A stretch of DNA of 64,000 bases from a virus: the IMG/VR virus record IMGVR_UViG_3300047457_000500, positions 59,488 to 123,487 of that record; one strand, 5' to 3'. The notes below the pieces were generated by a model. The model saw only the letters and a program-made list of their open reading frames with translations, made no database searches and had not been told where the DNA came from. This document shows, piece after piece, positions 18,327 through 26,326 of this stretch (positions are counted from its first letter, which is position 1; each line of letters begins with the position of its first letter). Made by a program: the position numbers and the translations under genes.

Positions 18327-18470
18327 ATGTTTAGAAAAAGCAAAGAGGAATTAAGGCGTATTCAAGAATTACGCAGATCTAACGCTGCCTCTGCCTTGCC
18401 AAACAAAAAGGCCTATACTAGACAAAGCAGCAAAAAAATGTTAGAATTAGAAAAGAAAGAAAGGCCCTAA
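18327..18470 (+). CDS. Small basic protein (47 aa, ...ELRRSNAASALPNKKAYTR...)
   Basis: Manual translation; extended -10 immediately upstream. Confidence 0.55.
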   Translation: MFRKSKEELRRIQELRRSNAASALPNKKAYTRQSSKKMLELEKKERP

Positions 18471-19190
18471 ATGAAACTAAAGCGCAGCAATGATAGGAAA
18501 GTAGCAAATGCAGTCTCCCCAAATGGAAAAACCCCAACAATCGCAAACACTTTTGGATTACCTAGTGGTAAGGCTTACTCATGTCCTGGTGAGACCTCTG
18601 TATGCAGCAAAGTATGCTACGCAGGAAAACTTGAAAAAATCTACAAAGGTGTAAGAGATACCCTATTACATAACTGGAATTTATTGAAAGACGCAGACCA
18701 TGACACTATGGAAGAGTTGCTCATGGAAATGATAGAAGACTTCAAAAAAGACTGTGATAAGCGTGAGGCTCCTAAACTATTTCGTATTCACTGGGACGGT
18801 GATTTCTTTTCGGATGAGTACGCATTCGCCTGGAAGCATGTTGTGCTAAATAATCCTGATGTTCAATTCTGGGTATACACTCGTGTGGCTTCCGCTGCTA
18901 ATATGCTCAAGAATATTGAAAACCTAAGTTTATATTTCTCTGCAGATAGTGAGAATATCAAAACCGCTGTAGAGTTAAAACAAACTCATGGCATTCGTAT
19001 GGCATACCTTGCACAAAATTTTGCTGCAGGACAAGAAAAAATGAAAGAACTTATTTCTAAACCTGGAGCAAAGTGTCCTGAAAATGCAAAACGCATTCCG
19101 CTTATTTCTACTAATGGAAGTGCGTGTGTGTCATGTGGGTTGTGTGTTTATAACAAGTCTGATATAGTATTCTCTGCTAGTAAAAAATAG
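18471..19190 (+). CDS. Gp88-like Fe-S/radical-SAM-fold protein
   Basis: SCPG.T..C.K.CYA, FRIHWDGDF, FWVYTR, C-terminal CP...CVSCGLC. Confidence 0.75.
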   Translation: MKLKRSNDRKVANAVSPNGKTPTIANTFGLPSGKAYSCPGETSVCSKVCYAGKLEKIYKGVRDTLLHNWNLLKDADHDTMEELLMEMIEDFKKDCDKREAPKLFRIHWDGDFFSDEYAFAWKHVVLNNPDVQFWVYTRVASAANMLKNIENLSLYFSADSENIKTAVELKQTHGIRMAYLAQNFAAGQEKMKELISKPGAKCPENAKRIPLISTNGSACVSCGLCVYNKSDIVFSASKK

Positions 19191-19419
19191 GAGTTGAAAT
19201 GAAAATGCAATATGTATTCTTAGCATGGTTCGTATTGTTATTTTTTATTTATCAATAGATCCCCCGCAAAAGTGGTCGGCCCCTAAACCTTAGATTTGTC
19301 AAGTTACGACGCTGTGATTAAGGACACAGGAAAAAACCTCATAAAATGCCATAAACGATTTGTATTTCTTGTATTTTTTTGCTAAACTTATACTATAACG
19401 ACAACAGAAAGGAAACGAA

Positions 19420-19587
19420 ATGACACTAGGCGGATACACTTATCAGGTAGGCGATTTATTCACCACCTCTAAGACAGGAGTTACAGGACGAATTGAAAAG
19501 TTTGTTCCTATCTCTCGTAATGTTACCAGAGTCATGCTACGCTTGGCAAATAACCAACAGCGTTTTGCTATGGTCAAAACACACTAA
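19420..19587 (+). CDS. Small SH3-like early protein
   Basis: YQVGDLFTTSKTGVTGRI; paralog of the next gene; manual translation. Confidence 0.65.
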   Translation: MTLGGYTYQVGDLFTTSKTGVTGRIEKFVPISRNVTRVMLRLANNQQRFAMVKTH

Positions 19588-19683
19588 TCTCAAAATATGA
19601 GAAATCTCAGAAATAACTTGACGAGAAATCTCAAAAATGCTAAAATTGAATATATCAACAACCAACTAACAAAGGAGAAAGAA

Positions 19684-19851
19684 ATGGCAGTAAATAACGC
19701 AACTTACAAGGTAGGCGACACCTACACCTCACAGAAGTCAAAGGTCACAGGTGTTATCACAGAAATCAAGCCAAACACAGACGGAACAAGCGTTCGTGTG
19801 AAACTTGATGTCAATGGCTCACCTCGCTGGACTACTTGGACAGCAAAGTAA
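19684..19851 (+). CDS. Small SH3-like early protein
   Basis: YKVGDTYTSQKSKVTGVI; AAGGAG RBS supports the 19684 start. Confidence 0.7.
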   Translation: MAVNNATYKVGDTYTSQKSKVTGVITEIKPNTDGTSVRVKLDVNGSPRWTTWTAK

Positions 19852-19866
19852 TTCCTAAACAGGAAA

Positions 19867-19896
19867 AGTCCTGAGCATGACTACTAAAACTGCTCA
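19867..19896 (+). ncRNA. Conserved 3' pseudoknot motif, copy 1
   Basis: AGTC-CTGAGCAT-GACT-ACTAAAAC-TGCTCA. Confidence 0.7.
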
Positions 19897-19931
19897 TAAC
19901 AACAAACAACGAAAGAAAAGGAAAATAACAA

Positions 19932-20354
19932 ATGGCACGACAAAAAGCAATTAGCGTGAAAATCGCTACAACCAAAGTTATCAAGGCTTTGGAAACTAAG
20001 TTAGCACAAATCAAGAAAGATAAGGCTAACCAAAAAACTAACGAGGAGAAGTATCAGAAGGCTCACGAAAAGTGGCTAAAAGATGTTGCTAAACTTTCTC
20101 TCGCTCAAATCTCAAAGGCAGAAAACCTACGAGCAAGCACACGCTACAATGGCATGGTAAATGTAGATTTTGATTTGCCTAAGTCTGTGGTAGCAGATTT
20201 CCCTGCTGAACCTGAAAAGGATTTTGAGACTTTTCATGAGTGGCAGTATAAGGAAATGGTTGAGGAAATTGAGAACGCAATTCGTATTCTCAAGATGACA
20301 GATGAGGAAGTAGTTTCTACTTCTACTTACAACGCTATCGCTAGATACTTGTAA
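19932..20354 (+). CDS. Hypothetical coiled-coil protein
   Basis: Strong RBS and biased codon usage. Confidence 0.7.
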   Translation: MARQKAISVKIATTKVIKALETKLAQIKKDKANQKTNEEKYQKAHEKWLKDVAKLSLAQISKAENLRASTRYNGMVNVDFDLPKSVVADFPAEPEKDFETFHEWQYKEMVEEIENAIRILKMTDEEVVSTSTYNAIARYL

Positions 20355-20425
20355 TTTGGTTGGGGGAGGGTATTTGACTCCCCCACTAATAAATGCTATG
20401 ATTAGATAATACGAAAGGATAAGCC

Positions 20426-20839
20426 ATGGAAACAACTAACATTCATAACGTCACTGAGGAATTTTTAAAAACTCAGATTACACAAAAAGATGAACGAATT
20501 CAGGTCCTGGAAGAGCATGTACAGCGTGTAACACAGCGTGACTACGCTACCGCTGGAAAACTGCAGGCAATGCGAGACGGTCTACACGAGTGGACTATGA
20601 CTGAATTAGAAAATAATGGAATCACAGAGGAGCAGGCTACTGAACTTTCTGAGATTGGTGGATTTGAACTTACAAAAGAAGTAGAGGCTGAAGTTACAGT
20701 CCGCTACTGGATTACTCTTCAGATTCCTGCAGGAGAAGACGCAGAGTCTGTAATCAATGATATTGATTTCGACGCAATTACATATGATACTGATGTGATA
20801 ACACATGTTAGTTCATCTGTAGACAGTATCGATATCTAA
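20426..20839 (+). CDS. Hypothetical acidic protein
   Basis: Own promoter (TTGACT...TATGAT) and GAAAGGA RBS. Confidence 0.7.
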   Translation: METTNIHNVTEEFLKTQITQKDERIQVLEEHVQRVTQRDYATAGKLQAMRDGLHEWTMTELENNGITEEQATELSEIGGFELTKEVEAEVTVRYWITLQIPAGEDAESVINDIDFDAITYDTDVITHVSSSVDSIDI

Positions 20840-20845
20840 CAATCT

Positions 20846-20918
20846 TCCTGGCCTTCATGAAAGGGGCCAGGATCTGCAAGCATCGCTCTTCTTTCATCCT
20901 TTCTTTCAAAGAGCATGC
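20846..20918 (+). ncRNA. Two hairpins, the second with an anti-SD loop (UCAUCCUUUCUUUC)
   Basis: tcctggcc/ggccagga stem, then a gcat-c-gctctt/aagagc-atgc stem around an 18-nt pyrimidine loop. Confidence 0.5.
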
Positions 20919-20921
20919 AAG

Positions 20922-20951
20922 GGACCTGAGCACGTCCACGTAAACTGCTCA
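20922..20951 (+). ncRNA. Conserved 3' pseudoknot motif, copy 2
   Basis: GGAC-CTGAGCAC-GTCC-ACGTAAAC-TGCTCA, followed by a T run. Confidence 0.7.
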
Positions 20952-21089
20952 TTTTTTATTGAAAAAGTGGTCGGGCGATTTGTCCTATATGTCCGATTTA
21001 CGAATTATGATCATATTCCCCAATCCTGGATTTGCTTTTGTCACCCCATTGTGCTAAACTTTAGATAACAAAACAGAAAGGAAATAAAA

Positions 21090-22097
21090 ATGGCTCATGA
21101 ATTAGAATCTGCTAATTCTTTCGCATCATTCCGTGAACCTGCTTGGCATGGTTTAGGAACTGTATTTCAGGAGGAAGTTACTACTGAAAAAATGTTGGAA
21201 CTCGCTAACCTTGATGGTTGGAATGTTCGTCTTGAAGATGTCGTAATCCCAGACACTCTTTCATCTGATAAATCTTATCAATATGTTGTGCGTGATAACC
21301 CATTCACCGCAAATCAAGTTGATGTTCTAGGCGTTGTTGGTGAACGCTATGTCCCATTGCAAAATGAAGACCTATTCACATTTGGTGATGCAATTCTTGA
21401 TGGCGGAGGTCGTTGGGAAACTGCTGGCTCATTGCGTGGTGGTCGTGTTGTATTTGGTTCTCTTGCTCTTGAGCGTGAGACTGTTCTAGACCCTAATGGC
21501 GTCGCTGATGTTGTCAAGACTTATCTTCTTGTCAACACATCACATGATGGTTCTGTTGCTATTCAAGCATCTGTAACACCTGTTCGTGTTGTATGCGCTA
21601 ACACTCTTGCTGTTGCACTAGGTCGCACTAGCAAAAAGGGTGGCGTAAAACAATCATTCAAGATTCGTCACACACAATCTGCTGAGGGTAAAGTTCAACA
21701 GGCTCGTGAGGCTCTTGCTGTTGCCAATGCTTATATGGATTCATTCTCTCTAATGGCTAAGGCTATGATTGAGAAAGAAATCACAGCGCAACAATTCAAT
21801 GATATTGTTCTCGCTGCGTATCCTAAGCCTGATGAAACCAAAAAGGGTGCATTGTCTAAGTGGACAACTAAGATTGACACTATCAATGACATCTATACAG
21901 GTGAATTCAATGGCATGATTGCTGGCACTGCATGGGGTGCATGGAATGCACTTACAGAAAGAATCGATTGGTATCGTGGAGGTAAGCGTGGTCTTACTGA
22001 ATCAATTCTAATGGGTTCAAGTGGATTTGACCCTGCTATCACAGCAGAAAAAAATCGTTTGCTAACTATTGTTCGCAACTCTCTAGAATTGGTGTAA
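21090..22097 (+). CDS. DUF932 family phage/plasmid protein
   Basis: MAHELE...PAWHGLG, ETAGSL.GGR, NTSHDGS and VRVVCANT motifs. Confidence 0.9.
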   Translation: MAHELESANSFASFREPAWHGLGTVFQEEVTTEKMLELANLDGWNVRLEDVVIPDTLSSDKSYQYVVRDNPFTANQVDVLGVVGERYVPLQNEDLFTFGDAILDGGGRWETAGSLRGGRVVFGSLALERETVLDPNGVADVVKTYLLVNTSHDGSVAIQASVTPVRVVCANTLAVALGRTSKKGGVKQSFKIRHTQSAEGKVQQAREALAVANAYMDSFSLMAKAMIEKEITAQQFNDIVLAAYPKPDETKKGALSKWTTKIDTINDIYTGEFNGMIAGTAWGAWNALTERIDWYRGGKRGLTESILMGSSGFDPAITAEKNRLLTIVRNSLELV

Positions 22098-22104
22098 CAA
22101 TTCA

Positions 22105-22131
22105 ACTCCTGAGCATGAGTAAAAACTGCTC
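22105..22131 (+). ncRNA. Conserved 3' pseudoknot motif, copy 3
   Basis: ACTC-CTGAGCAT-GAGT-AAAAAC-TGCTC. Confidence 0.7.
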
Positions 22132-22229
22132 TCTTGACAAAGATCAAAAAAGGTGCCGACCAAAAATATCATTTAGAAATTTAATTACGATACGTTGACA
22201 AAATCCCCAAATTTTGCTATTATTTATTC

Positions 22230-22424
22230 ATGGACCAAAAAGAACTAACGACATACATGACAAACCTGCGTAGTGGCCTGGATGAAGACCTACGTAATCT
22301 TGCTGCAGAAATGGACTCTATTGACCCTGCCTCTAAAGACTTTGCAGACCTAGACTTTGAGTTTAATTATATTACAGGACAAGTATCAATGTTAAGCCAT
22401 ATACTACAAAAGATAGGACAATAA
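22230..22424 (+). CDS. Hypothetical protein
   Basis: TTGACA-N17-TATTAT promoter, apparently leaderless. Confidence 0.6.
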   Translation: MDQKELTTYMTNLRSGLDEDLRNLAAEMDSIDPASKDFADLDFEFNYITGQVSMLSHILQKIGQ

Positions 22425-22582
22425 TGCTGGGGTATACAGAAGAACAAGTAGATAAGATGCTCACTACATTAAACTATACTATTCATCATCATATGACTGG
22501 TAAGTTTGCAGATGAGGATAGGTCAGTACTTAGAGATCTAGAGGACTTCTTACAGGGTTTGTTAGCAGAGGGACGTATTTGA
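22424..22582 (+). CDS. Small hypothetical protein (MLGYTEEQ...GLLAEGRI)
   Basis: TAATG coupling; manual translation. Confidence 0.55.
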   Translation: MLGYTEEQVDKMLTTLNYTIHHHMTGKFADEDRSVLRDLEDFLQGLLAEGRI

Positions 22583-22634
22583 CATCCCCCTGATATTTTG
22601 CTAGAATTGCATACAACGACTAGAAAGGAATAAT

Positions 22635-23330
22635 ATGCCAAATTGGGTATATAACTCTCTAACTATTGAGGGTAATGCAGAAGACATTTCTGCTATCAAA
22701 ACACAACTAAACCAACCATTCCAACGTCAACACGACCAATGGAATATGGAAACAAGACAAATGGAATTACAGGATGTTACTTATTCAAACCCTGTATTTG
22801 CATTCTGGAATATTATCAAGCCAACTAATCTAGAGGCATACAATAAGCAGTCTGACCATTCATTACCTATGGAAGAACAACTTATGTTCAAGGGTGATAA
22901 CTGGTATGACTGGAATGTAACTAACTGGGGAACCAAATGGGATGTTGCTGTATCAGATAATGAGCAGTATCCTGAGACTGAACTAATCAACGAAGAGGAT
23001 TGGTCAGATAGACTTACCTATAGTTTCAATACCGCTTGGTCTCCTCCTCTTCCTGCTATTGCTACATTGTCAGAACAATATCCTAATTTAGAATTTACCT
23101 TGTCATACGAGGAAGAAACAGGCTGGGGTGGCGAAATAGAGTTCCTCAATGGTCAAGATACTGTATTAGAAAACTATGAAAACAAATGTCGTGACTGTGA
23201 TTCAATCAACACACTAGAGTATTGCGAAAACGACTGTGGTGAGATATGCTCTGATTGCCATTACATGGGTGAGGCAGACTTAGAGTGTGTTGCAGAGTGT
23301 GACATACATAAAGAATACTTGGAGGCATAA
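22635..23330 (+). CDS. DUF1281/YubB-like ferredoxin-fold protein with a Cys-rich tail
   Basis: MPNWV.N.L.I.G, WYDWN..NWGTKW and F.TAWSPP motifs. Confidence 0.8.
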   Translation: MPNWVYNSLTIEGNAEDISAIKTQLNQPFQRQHDQWNMETRQMELQDVTYSNPVFAFWNIIKPTNLEAYNKQSDHSLPMEEQLMFKGDNWYDWNVTNWGTKWDVAVSDNEQYPETELINEEDWSDRLTYSFNTAWSPPLPAIATLSEQYPNLEFTLSYEEETGWGGEIEFLNGQDTVLENYENKCRDCDSINTLEYCENDCGEICSDCHYMGEADLECVAECDIHKEYLEA

Positions 23331-23581
23331 TGTTACCTGATTATCTAAAGAATGCAATCAATGCAGGTGCTACAGGACTAGATGTCATGCACGGGCACCT
23401 GAAGACGCTTATGCTTGACGCAGAACGGGAACTAGAAGAGGCGCAGCGGGTAGAAGACGAGACCGAAGAGGCCATTGATTCCATGGAGCGCAAGTACTGG
23501 GAGGGACAATTAGACGCCCTATCATATGTTTATAGCCTTACATATGAACTGTCATTTGCAGTAGCGGATAGGGAGGAATAG
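23330..23581 (+). CDS. Hypothetical protein
   Basis: TAATG coupling; DSMERKYWEGQLDAL. Confidence 0.6.
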   Translation: MLPDYLKNAINAGATGLDVMHGHLKTLMLDAERELEEAQRVEDETEEAIDSMERKYWEGQLDALSYVYSLTYELSFAVADREE

Positions 23582-23660
23582 ATCCACGTGTATGAGCAAT
23601 TGACATTAGACCTGGACCCTGATATCATTAATACAAACCCAACTACAGAAAGGACCCCCC

Positions 23661-24020
23661 ATGGGAGCACGTTGTAACTTTATCTTTAAACAATCAGAGG
23701 ACCAGGCCGTAGCGCTGTACAGCCACTGGGACGAAGACCATATGTATGAACTCCTGGCAGCAGCCCTGCAGCATGCAATGCCACGTATTCAAATGGGTGA
23801 TACCCCGTATGCGACTCGTATGGCTATCAGTTACATTATCAAGGATAGTATCTTAGATGAGACTGGATATGGAATTTATGCCTGTGACCCCTCAGACCAG
23901 GGATTCATGGACCATCCAATCACAATAGATTTCACAGACGGTACCGTGGGCAGCGGTGAAGACTGGCACTCAATTCCTGATTTTATTTCTTATCATTCTG
24001 CTCAGTTAATTACAAAATAA
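23661..24020 (+). CDS. Hypothetical phage protein (MGAR...LYSHW family)
   Basis: AGAAAGGA RBS; recurrent phage motif. Confidence 0.7.
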   Translation: MGARCNFIFKQSEDQAVALYSHWDEDHMYELLAAALQHAMPRIQMGDTPYATRMAISYIIKDSILDETGYGIYACDPSDQGFMDHPITIDFTDGTVGSGEDWHSIPDFISYHSAQLITK

Positions 24021-24027
24021 TAACTTT

Positions 24028-24087
24028 GGGGCGTAAGGTTTGGTTTATTCCTTTCGTCGTTGTGCCTTGCGCCCCTCCCACTTTTTT
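24028..24087 (+). ncRNA. Hairpin with an anti-leader/anti-SD loop and a T tract
   Basis: 12-bp stem ggggcgtaaggt/gccttgcgcccc; the loop is complementary to 22613-22633. Confidence 0.55.
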
Positions 24088-24105
24088 GATAGAATAGGAG
24101 TAACT

Positions 24106-24324
24106 ATGACTACACGCAGACACAGACTAACTGACGAGGAACGAGTTGCCATGCGCCTTGCCACTTTAGTATCTGACTTGCGACTTGACATCGAGCAGGT
24201 TGGGCAGTATTTAGCGCAGGTAGCACCAACAGTATCGTATAATAGACTTATCACAATCGCAGAAAGCGCACAACATCACAAAGAGGAGAAATACAATGAG
24301 CAATACCAATACAGACTTTTCTAG
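24106..24324 (+). CDS. Hypothetical protein
   Basis: AGGAG RBS before MTTRRHR. Confidence 0.6.
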   Translation: MTTRRHRLTDEERVAMRLATLVSDLRLDIEQVGQYLAQVAPTVSYNRLITIAESAQHHKEEKYNEQYQYRLF

Positions 24325-24568
24325 TCGTTGTAATATTCTGGCAGACCTGTGGTTGAACTATAAAGATGATGCTGAGTTTTCTGACTTCATACAATATAAT
24401 GACATGGGTTTGCCCCTAGCATTTTTTGTTAGTCAAGAAGTTGTTCCTAGTAATGATATGGTAATGAACTATGTCAATGAAACTTGGGAGTTATTCTTAG
24501 AGGCTCTAAAGATAGAAGACACAGGGTTTGACACACTTGACGAATTGCTAATGGGATTTGACAAGTAG
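24296..24568 (+). CDS. Hypothetical acidic protein
   Basis: GAGGAG RBS. Confidence 0.65.
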   Translation: MSNTNTDFSSRCNILADLWLNYKDDAEFSDFIQYNDMGLPLAFFVSQEVVPSNDMVMNYVNETWELFLEALKIEDTGFDTLDELLMGFDK

Positions 24569-24600
24569 CCACGAAAGTGGTCGGCATATTATTTTAGTTA

Positions 24601-25220
24601 TACAAACCATTACGATACCAAACCATTTTTCCCCAAAATAGGATTACGATCCAAACCATATTTTTCCCAAACCATGATAAATGGTGTTATGATTATATGT
24701 ATGCCAAGACATTTTTATAGAGTTAATTATCCAAACCAAGCAAATGATGATGATAGAGGTTTGCATAATGCCTTTGTAGCCTTTACTCATCTTATAGGTC
24801 TTAGTAAGTACTTCTCTTTTATCCCGCCCGTTTTTGACAGGGACGAGTGGCGGGCCGAACACGGGGCGGGATCTAAAAAAGATTACGATCATACCATATA
24901 TCCCCCTAATAAGCAATAACAAACCATATTTCCTGGTTTTAAAACATTTTCAAACATAATAAAAAGTATTACGAACTTATTGGAATTTTCCCAGACTTTT
25001 GGCAATTTTTCTGCATAAATCTATTACGAAGATACTTGACAAACCATGGTTTTGCAGATATAATGCCCAAACCTTGATATATGGTTTGACAGATATGGGG
25101 CATATATGGTATAAGGGTTTGATGGATATAGGGTTTGATGGTTTGGCATTACGATCCCCGCATTAAAAAGCGCTTCATTACCCATATCTCTCCACTATCC
25201 TCCACTTTACTCCACATATA
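24601..25220. repeat. Iteron-like tract of CAAACC(AT) and ATTACGA repeats
   Basis: About 12 CAAACC/GGTTTG copies and 6 ATTACGA copies; orientation switches near 25045. Confidence 0.65.
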
Positions 25221-25274
25221 AAATAACAGTAAGATTTATTTTTCAAAATAAGCGATGCTATAATTAAGTTTGCC

Positions 25275-25766
25275 ATGATAAAAGACGTATTTACGCAGCC
25301 ACAAATAGATTTTATAAACCAACTCGTGTTGGATAACTATGACAAATTGGATAGCAGGTATTCAGAACGAGGTAGGGAAGATATCGTTTTAACTCCCAAT
25401 GGGACAGCAGCATTTGAGAACCTAAACCCTATTGCCAAAGAAATATGTGACCGTGTGCTTTCATATTTTGATGAGGGTAAATACATCAATGCCATAACCT
25501 ATGGTGAATACACAAACAAACACACCAACCCTAATCTTCCACCACACAAGGATCCTATCCATACCAAGAATGGCCTAACCTTTGACTACCTATTGGATTC
25601 AAATGTTGATTGGCCAATATGTCTGGAAGGTGACTGTGTGAGCCTAGAAAAGAATGATGCTATCATTTTTAGTCCATGTGAGCAGTATCACCACAGACCA
25701 GAAATGATATTTAATGATGGCGATTATGTTAAAGTTTTATTTTTTATGATTAGGACAAACCAATGA
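25275..25766 (+). CDS. 2OG-Fe(II) oxygenase-like protein (HxRP subfamily)
   Basis: PNLPPHKD, TFDYLLD and QYHHRP motifs. Confidence 0.7.
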   Translation: MIKDVFTQPQIDFINQLVLDNYDKLDSRYSERGREDIVLTPNGTAAFENLNPIAKEICDRVLSYFDEGKYINAITYGEYTNKHTNPNLPPHKDPIHTKNGLTFDYLLDSNVDWPICLEGDCVSLEKNDAIIFSPCEQYHHRPEMIFNDGDYVKVLFFMIRTNQ

Positions 25767-25918
25767 TATCTCACGACTCAAAAGTTGATATTATTGTAGA
25801 AATAATACACGAACATCTAAAGGGTAAGCATAAGGACTCTCTATCTAAAAGATTGGCGGTAGAGATAATTGAAGCCCTAGATGACGAACCTACACCATCA
25901 TGGTATGAACACGGTTAA
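25763..25918 (+). CDS. Small hypothetical protein (51 aa)
   Basis: ATGA coupling; manual translation. Confidence 0.5.
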   Translation: MISHDSKVDIIVEIIHEHLKGKHKDSLSKRLAVEIIEALDDEPTPSWYEHG

Positions 25919-26149
25919 TGCTATAATGGAAAGATGTCTGATACATTGAAATGTTATTATTGTGATAACAAACCAGAATATACTCAACCAGATAAGACTA
26001 CTGGTGTTATCGTCGATGTTTGTAAAAGACATTTTATCTACATGTATATGGGGTGATTATGGACAAAGATAAGGCAGATGCCAACTTCAAGGCTTTTTGG
26101 ATTCTATTGGGATCTATCATTGTTATTCTTACTATAGTAGGGATTGCTA

Positions 26150-26326
26150 TTGGGTAATAGGGCTAATAGGGATTACGAAGAACTTACAGATCCCGTCGAA
26201 CTTTTGGTAAAAACCAAAGCACCTACTAAATGGTTATTGATAGATAGGGAAACAGGACAAGTCTATCAAGGCAGTCCATATGGTCATTGGGATAGGTTAG
26301 ATCCTGTTATAAAGGATAAAATATGA
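26150..26326 (+). CDS. Hypothetical protein
   Basis: KTKAPTKWLLIDRETGQVY motif; TTG start. Confidence 0.55.
   Translation: MGNRANRDYEELTDPVELLVKTKAPTKWLLIDRETGQVYQGSPYGHWDRLDPVIKDKI

Noticed and set aside
19867-19896. Pseudoknot motif as an ordinary intrinsic terminator or a preQ1 riboswitch
   Set aside because: Only a 5-6 bp stem with no U tract in most copies. It sits 3' of genes, lacks the preQ1 loop consensus, and no queuosine genes are nearby.
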